A stretch of 57,879 nucleotides of DNA, filler included, from Sluysia triapertura (Eukaryota), in NCBI GenBank assembly GCA_046118255.1. It is 4 parts of 4 records of this genome, joined end to end, with 100 filler letters (N's around TTAATTAATTAA, not from the genome) between each part and the next. Parts side by side here need not be neighbours in the genome. Positions count along the whole stretch, not along the records: positions 44,569 to 57,879 come from JBJNIA010047345.1; 3 more parts are not named here. One strand, given 5' to 3'. This document shows, piece after piece, positions 49,820-57,879 of the stretch; the stretch's first letter is position 1, and each line of letters opens with the position of its first letter. The notes under the pieces are model-generated. The model ran no database searches, was not told the DNA's origin, and saw only the letters and a list, made by a program, of their open reading frames with translations. The translations under genes were made by a program, and so were the position numbers.

Positions 49820-52800
49820 GACTAACCAGATAATGCTTTGGTGGTTGAGGATTGTTTATAGATCCGGCAACAGTGCAAGTTAAATTACTAGGTCCAGATG
49901 GTCCCCCGACACCGCTTAAAACTGCTCTATCCAATTGTATTCGTTCTCGTCGACCATGATTGGGCACATATTGAATTGTTGCTCTTTCTGGTGTGTTACG
50001 AGAAAAAGGCGATGGATAATTTGATTTATTAGCACCAGAGGAAGTTCCAGGATGCAGAGATTCTTCATCCATCGTGTTTGTATTATCTTTTGACGTATTA
50101 GTTATAACATTAGGCCCATATTCTTTATTAGAATTGTAACCTAATGCTGCATTAGTAAAGGCTTGATACGTTGGAACTGTGTCAATGGTTGGTAATCTAG
50201 ATCAATAGAAAAAAAGATAACAATAATATTAATAAGTAATTTTAAGTACTAGATTTTACTAAAATTACTTACAAGACCTTTTAAGGTCATAAGAATTGAA
50301 GAATTCAATTGATTAAATCTATTAAGTTAAATTAATATTTGGTTCAATCGTCTAATTTTTAATAATTGTATCAATTCCACAAATCTCTCACGCAGTCTAA
50401 ACAGTTTTTTTGGATTGAAACTAATCTCCAAAATCATTGCATTGAAAAAAAATTAATATTTTTTTGCATTATAAGTCAACCACAATTTACGTGATGCAAA
50501 ATTTAACTAAAGATCTTTTGTAATATAAAATTTTGAAAACCTTTTAACATGGTTTTATATGAATTCTAAGTAAAATTATTAAACTCTGTCAAACTGTTAT
50601 CAGTAATTGTAATTTATTAAATAAAACTTTACATCGAAGTAGAAATATTGAATATTAACATATCACAAAAGTGTATATTATTAATAAGTTACCATTTCTA
50701 AATATATATTTAATAAAGAAAAAATTGTAATAGATCCTTAAACCACAGCTAATTTCAAATTTTTAGTTACTTTCATCTGCAATCCTAATTAAGAAGGGAT
50801 TCCATATAACATTTATACACTAACCTCGCTATATAGTGAATTTATTAAATTACATAGCTGTAAAATATTATAAAATATACATTATTTATTGTTCCGGTTT
50901 ATTTATTTTTCCGAATCATACAATTTATTGTTTTATGTTTTATCCTCTTTAATCTCGATTTTAAGCGGAAATTTGTCAAAAATTTGCAATTTTTGTACTA
51001 TAACCATAAGCAGTACAAAACATCGTTTATACGATCTCCATTAATAAATATTAAAGTTAAGTTATTTAACAGCACAGTTAAAATTCGGTTCATAGATGCT
51101 TAGCACAATAAAATTCATTAATAAGCAAAAACCCTTACTAAAGCAGTGCGACCTCCATTAGTTAAATTTACTCAATAATTCTAATTTATAGTGTCTTGTT
51201 ATAAAATCTTCAATAAATCTTTAAGATCTCTTTTAAGTTCCTCTCCGTTTCAGAAAACCTACCAAATTGCTAACATACTGGAACTTGGAGTTTAGTATTT
51301 AGGACACATGTGTTAAAACTTCTGCTTTGCTGTCAAATTATGTGGAACTCAAACGCTATATTTTAGTATTTTTCAATAATTTTAAATGATTTAAAGTGAT
51401 TTTTTATTATTTTAATTTTTGATTGGTCGGACACAAAAATATAGTAAAAGGAAGCTCACAAATGTATAAACTAGGCATTAATAAGAAATTGCATAATAAT
51501 AAGTGATTGCATAGTAGTGATTGTCTATTTCTCAACTTACAATGTTCCAGTTCTGAGGTGGTCAAGATCTTAATTTTCAATTGTTCTAAAGCAGAACAAC
51601 TTGAGCTATTCATTTTTAAATATCTATAAAACTTACATTTGACATTGTTGTGTAAATAAAAAATTATTAATAACTTTATTTAAAAACGAATCGTAACAAT
51701 ATATAAGATTTTAAAATTAAATGAAATGAAAAAAATATAAAAGCAAAATTAGTAATATTATTAACATAAGGAACACAGGAAATCATTAATTAGTGCAGTT
51801 TTATTTATAATTTAAGACTATTTCTTAATTTATGCAGTATCGAATTTAAATAATAGTATGTTTGTGCAAGTTACCAAACTCAATCCAATTTAGACTTAAT
51901 GGATTTTTAAATTTCAATAATACAGTTGGTTTATTTATTTATTATTCTTATTTTAATAAATATAGTAAACTGGGCATTAATAAGAAATTTGATTTTATAA
52001 AAGATTGGCCAAATAAAATATGGATAAATGAACCATAGAATGGAAGTAAAAAGATTAATATGCTGCAATATAAATAAAGTAGAAAATAGTATAAAAGAGA
52101 TTTTACGTCGCGCAAAATTCTTTTATGAAAATCAAAGTTCAAAATTTAAGATTAAAAGTTATGAAAGAAATTTTATAAGACAATGAAATATAATGCAAGC
52201 TTCTGTTTGACGATTATTTCGGTTATATTTGTAACTATCTTGATATACAGTTCGTTCAATAATCAATAAACATTCACTATCTTTTACTTATATTCGATGT
52301 AGTCCTATGAAATTTCATTAGACACAACTATTAATAGTCATTTACGTCAAATTTCAAAAACTAAAGTCAATATGTACTATAAATTACTACCTCTGTTCAA
52401 AAATTTGGGAGGATCATGCTGTCTAAAAAGAAAATATTTCCTTGACTCTTCAAAGAGTTAGAAAGTTCAATGTTAGCTACTAGCACATATTGGAAAAAAA
52501 ACATTAAGAAAGGATACACTTCTAGAAACATCAACATGCAATTTTGAAATTGAAAATGCTCGTAATGTATTACGAGATATGTAATTATATTATATGATAT
52601 GTAATATAATTTGTTATAAAATATTTTCACAAATAAAAAAGTTCTCTAAAGCGAAATTGATGTTAATATATTATATATAAGACTAAGGAGGCAATAGTAA
52701 TAACAGAGATAGTAATAACTAATTCGATGAAAAATAATAAAATTCCGAAAATAACCAAATTTCATCTTAAATATAAACCGAAAACCTTTCTAAAATAACC

Positions 52801-54336
52801 TTTTAAGTTTAAAAACCTTTAAGCTATTAAAATATTATAGCAATTTTATGTGACCTCTTTCTCACTATATCGTTACATTTGTTGTTCATTTTATTTGAAC
52901 ATATTTAATATTTTCGTAAATTAACTACTCAGAGTTTTATGGTATAGATATCTGAGACGTAAATTAAATTTAAACACTTTCACGAGACAAGTAAAACCAA
53001 TCTCATGTTGAAGATTAGATCGAGACTAATTATATATAATAAACTAAGATAGTGCAAAGTGAACATTATATCACCAACACTGCCAAATAAATGAGACCTT
53101 CAAATTTTTAAGTTAAATATTTGTGATAGAATTAAATACTTATTACGGCAATTTAAGTAATGTTTATTACAATTTAAGTAACCTGTGTTTAAGTTACAAG
53201 AGATTACAAGATATTCTGGGAAAAAATTAAATTTATAAATTGTATCTGAATTTGTCAAACATTTTGTTAAATGTGGATGAAAAAGCTAGCAATCCAAGCA
53301 AGATATATTGTTGTGAATATTTTGTTGCAAATAATTAAATAATAAACCTAATGTTTTTGCAGTGCATTTAGTTTAGTTTGCTATATTAGAAAAAATTGCT
53401 AAAATCTTAAATATCACAATTTATTTTCACTTGTGATAAATTTTTCGATTTCTGATCGCACTAGTATATACCGTGAAACTGTTAATTTAATGTACACAAA
53501 ACTCGATTCTGGTTATTACATGTCGGTGCATAAACTGTTTGCCTAATGTGTATTTAGTAGGATATTAAAGTGCCTCATTAATTTGCTAGTTATTTATATT
53601 TTTTGATCTTTCATTTCTAAGTGTTAAATAGTGTTAAATGCTCTATTTTTATTAAATTTAACTGGCACTATAGCTATAAATTAACTTTCATTTGAAATAC
53701 TGTTCGATTTGGTTAATCATGATATACAAATTATGTAATATTTATAGACGTTAAAATGAGAAAAATTAATTTACAAAAGAATATTAGAAAGTAAACCAAA
53801 TACCATCTTACAGTCATTAAAATAATTATGAAAATATTTCTAATGACAAATGTGATGTGATTTTGAAATAGTAAACTTGATATAGTAAATGAATATATTT
53901 GACATTTAATTTCTGTTACGATTGGGAATCAGTTTAATATCTCAAAATATGTTTCAATTTGTACATAAAATAAGGATGACTGCTTACGACAATAGCTGAA
54001 TTATAATTATGCCGTAATGAAATATAATATAATGAAGTATAATATTAATATTAATAATGGTAATAATAATTCAGCAATATATTTTCATAAACACACAAAG
54101 CAAACACAGCAAAATAAATCTATAAGAAAAGCCAATTATAATATTAAAGCAATTAGTAGCACCATCAGCTAGTGAAACAAAATAATCAGATTATAAGAAA
54201 GAGAAACTATAATCTGACTCAAATAAACTACCTTAACGATTGAAATCCTTTTTTATTCCGGAAAAATTGTGACGGAGATGGTGCATCAGGTACAATAACA
54301 TTGTCTATTGAGGATTTGGATGAACTATCAGATTCT
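48998..54336 (-). CDS. Internal exons of an S/T/P-rich protein, possibly the PAR-1/MARK kinase spacer; exons 54336-54232, 50196-49827, 49518-49271, 49030-48998
   Basis: Four GT/AG-bounded exons with consecutive compatible phases (2, 0, 2). Motifs PSPFSRNTPERATIQY and NSFFKSIATKISKK resemble MARK/PAR-1 'FPRxxxxRSTFH' and 'xFFSKLTSKFSRR', which precede the KA1 domain. Kinase and KA1 exons were not found, so the identity is tentative while the exons themselves are fairly well supported. Confidence 0.6.
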
Positions 54337-57300
54337 CTGAATATATTGAATATTTTTGATTAAAACAATGTTGTTTTAAATATATAGTAATAGTAGCTGA
54401 ATATTCATGACCAGAATTTAATTCATATATTTGATTTTATATTTAAATTTTAGAATTACTATAAAATTAAAATTAAGGAAACAGTACATTTGAATAAAAA
54501 AATATTTAATATAGTTATATAATTAAAAATTTTAATACAATCTGCAGTACAATCTAAAGCAGTTTTGAAGTTAAAAAGTTTGGTTATTTTTTAACATAAA
54601 CTTGTGTTATGGCACATGTAGAAATAAAATCCTTGTTTGTAAATTTGTAAAATTTTTCTAAATAATAATTTGTAATAGAAATTCTTTGTAAATACAATTA
54701 ATATTTTGATTAAATAATTTTTATAAACAGAATTTTAATTAAACAAATAAAATATTGTACGAAAATAAATGAAAGGATTTTATGTGATTTTTATTTAGTT
54801 TTTATGTTTTGAAACAAATTTTTATCTAATTTTTATGATTTGAAGTAATAAACTAATTATTAAAAGTATATAAAAATCTTCAATTGTTTATCAAAATCAT
54901 ATAAAAGCTAGAAAATTATTTTTGCAGCTCGCACAAAAAGTTATCGACGAAAAAGAGATTTACCATATAATATTGACTTGGAATAAATTTGGTTACAAGT
55001 TCGATTTAGCTTGGAATTATCGAATATTGATTTGGAATAAATTTGGTTGTAAATTATTTTGGAATTATCGAATTGGAGTCATAACTTTGGATTATCTTGA
55101 TTCTTTTTGGAAAAATTGTTTAGCGTAAGTTGTTAATTGTTAGGATTGAACAAAAATAATTTTCTGTGTTAATATCTTACTTAAAATCCTGTTTTGTGTA
55201 CGCCAAGTAATTAATTAATTTTAATTAATTTTAATTAATTTTAAAATTTAAAATAAATAAATCTTTATATTTTATTTATTTGTTATATTTTGTTGTATAC
55301 TGTTTTATTTACTACATTGATGATAAATTCTCGTTTCTTTAATAAAATTTTGGTATTCATGTGTTTTTCTTTGTTGAGTTACAAGATATATTGGGATAAT
55401 AATAACGTAGGAGATATTTTGAACTAGTAAGAACGAATTAATAACATAGGAATTTTACTGAGATAATATTTTAAGATATATATATTTAGAGAAGTATATT
55501 GAGTTAATAATTGTAAATTGACAATACATTAAATTAAAATTTGCATAGATTAAGTAAGAAGTGTAACTAATCAAGTGTACCAAGGTAACAAAGTTTTTTT
55601 ATAAGAAAACTTTAATTTATTTTAGCATTATATCTGTAATTGCGTCCTCGTTTAGACGGTCCCATTTATTTAAAATTATAATTGTTTATTTTTATAAAGA
55701 AATCTAACACATATAATATATTGATCTTTGTTTAATTAAAGCATTATTTGAAAGCCCGATCTTTTGTGAATAAGGAAAAATGCCACCAAAACAAACAATA
55801 ATTTTTTGTTTAATAAAAATAATAATCGGTCAATTGTTTTATATCTAATACAAGGTTCAAAAAAAATTTAAACTTAATATTGAAAATTTGTTCTTTTTGA
55901 TCATAAGCATTTTATTTTCAATATTTAATTTTAAATTTTTTTAACCGTATAAAACGAGAAGTAGGTGTTCTTATTGCGAGAATGAGTTAACTCTAAAAAA
56001 ATTAAAATATAGTTTTTAAATAGATTTAAAAATCATCTCAATAATCCCAAAATAAAATTGTAACTAAAAATCAAAAATGCATGTAACTAATTATAATTTA
56101 CCGCACTATTAATAAGTTAAAAAATCAGTAGGTAAGCCATAGCCTAGGAAGGCAATAACTTTGAATGTTACTAAAATGGAAATGAGAAAGCGATACTTAC
56201 ACTAAGTAAAGGAATAACTGAACTGAAACCTATATGAATGTTAATGTATATTGTAATATGTCTAAATATTATAGTAATATAATATATTAATTTATATTGC
56301 TCTAATATTTACTTTAATCGAAGTATTCAAAGCGCTTAAAATAAATCATTCATTATAATAGTTCTGAAACGGAAAAATTTTGCCTATTGCTTACGTGTTT
56401 AATAATCTTAGGAATTTAACAATCTCTGAAGTATCTTGTTGCACATTTTTGAAACATATTTTATATTTTTATTATTGTCGATTCTGTTTAAATTGTTTTA
56501 TCTTAAAAACATTCATTTTGATTTCCGAATTTTTATTATTTTCAAGGGATATTCAGGGACTTCTTATTTGGAAAATTAGTTTTGCTGATTGATTCAACAG
56601 TAATTGCAATATGATACATCATTGTTAAAACTGTGGTTGAAAATTGAATATGAAAAAGAAATTGCCCATGTAAAACCTTAAATTATAGGAAAAAATTAAT
56701 TGGCCTAATTTAATCATAATAGAAAGACAATCATAATAATAGAAATTAAAGAGAAATACCACACAAAAAGTATGTGGAAATATCGATAAATGAATTTTGA
56801 TTATAATTTTATTAATACTGATAAAATCGACAAATAGACTTCGAATATAGTTTGTATATATTTTAATTATTCATAGTAAAATAGATAATTAGACTGTTGC
56901 AAAAATTGTTGACAGAAATATTACCTGGATAAATAAATTGATTCAATAAAACTCAAATTATCATTTGGATAGGTTTTAATAAATTAATCTAAAAATCATT
57001 GTTTTTTTGCGAAAAGCAAACTAGTTCATTTTTTAAATCAGTAAACAAATCATCATAAAAAATACGTAATACAAAATGTACGTGCTATTAAATATTATTA
57101 TGCTTAAAAAGTACTTTTAAAACTTAAATTATTTATAATATTCAATGACAAAATATTTCAATTTTTAAATTTATAATTTTATAAATGTATTATATTTATT
57201 TCTCTATAATAATCTATTTTGAAAAGTTCATAATTAGATAAAGTATAAACAGTAATTTTACATTTGTCATGCCAAGTATTAAGTGACAAATATTAAGTTG

Positions 57301-57339
57301 TCTCATAAGTAATGCACCTTTTGTGATACAATTTTTAAA

Positions 57340-57715
57340 TTGAAATGTTCAACCTTTTATAAAAAAGGTTTATCATTTTAAAGTTGGTCATCCATACTTT
57401 CGAATTTGAGTGGTAATTACAGTATCTTGCAACATTAAATACTTTAAAACATCTTGGTTTCTTGCTATGTCCAATAACAAATGGTGTAATTTTAATTGAT
57501 CCACTAGCATTTAAACATAAAGCTATGGTTATTCTAACTTTCCCATTTCTCTTTATTTTTCAAAATTTCTGATAACGTAGAAATTCCTAGATCCAGATTT
57601 AATTCTCTTCTGATAATTTGAGAGAATTCACTCAGAGACATTTTTTCGACTCCTTTATTGCACAAATTTTTGCCTTTTGATGAATTGTAATTTCTGTTCT
57701 TTTTCTAGCCACATG
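57340..57715 (-). mobile_element. Tigger/pogo transposase remnant with internal deletion
   Basis: CENP-B-type HTH (RKRTEITIHQKAKIC...ISTLSEILKNKEKW) is joined out of frame directly to the DDE_1 segment KVRITIALCLNASGSIKITPFVIGHSKKPRCFK...YHSNSKVWMT. Confidence 0.85.
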
Positions 57716-57879
57716 GATATTTAATTTAAATTTAAATTGTAAATAACATTAATCCGAAACTTTTAAAAATTATTAGAAATTTAATTCAAAAAAGAGCTTT
57801 CCGATTGCGGATCACGAAGTTTCGGATTAATGAATCGAATTTGTCTGGAAATAATTTTTTCGGTCTATTGAGGGTTGAC

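Noticed and set aside
54975-55075. Two imperfect ~55-bp repeats giving ORF 54922-55128 (WNKFG/WNYRI)
   Set aside because: Local tandem duplication with no evidence of coding.

Overview
Very AT-rich (roughly 80% AT by eye) eukaryotic, apparently metazoan, scaffold window. It consists of four contigs joined by three artificial 100-nt N/TTAATTAATTAA spacers. Recognisable genes: a complete two-exon SET/TAF-I (NAP family) gene with a 35-nt intron, head-to-head with an intronless 212-aa orphan ORF; one Musashi-type RRM2 exon (minus); a seven-exon, phase-consistent internal part of RNF123/KPC1 (plus) with a long S/T/P-rich insertion; the last exon of MFAP1 (minus); four phase-consistent exons of an S/T/P-rich protein resembling the PAR-1/MARK spacer (minus); an orphan terminal exon with poly-Asn; and a degenerate Unkempt-like CCCH fragment. 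Introns and intergenic DNA hold decayed transposons (Tc1, hAT, L2 LINE, Ty3/gypsy, pogo/Tigger, piggyBac), MITEs, (AAT)n microsatellites and a 1-kb degenerate AACTTATC array. The most unusual signal is architectural: most conserved genes appear only as fragments whose missing exons cannot be placed without nesting or interleaving them with neighbours. Family calls rest on motifs recalled from memory, not on database searches. I see no prokaryote-style novel system.
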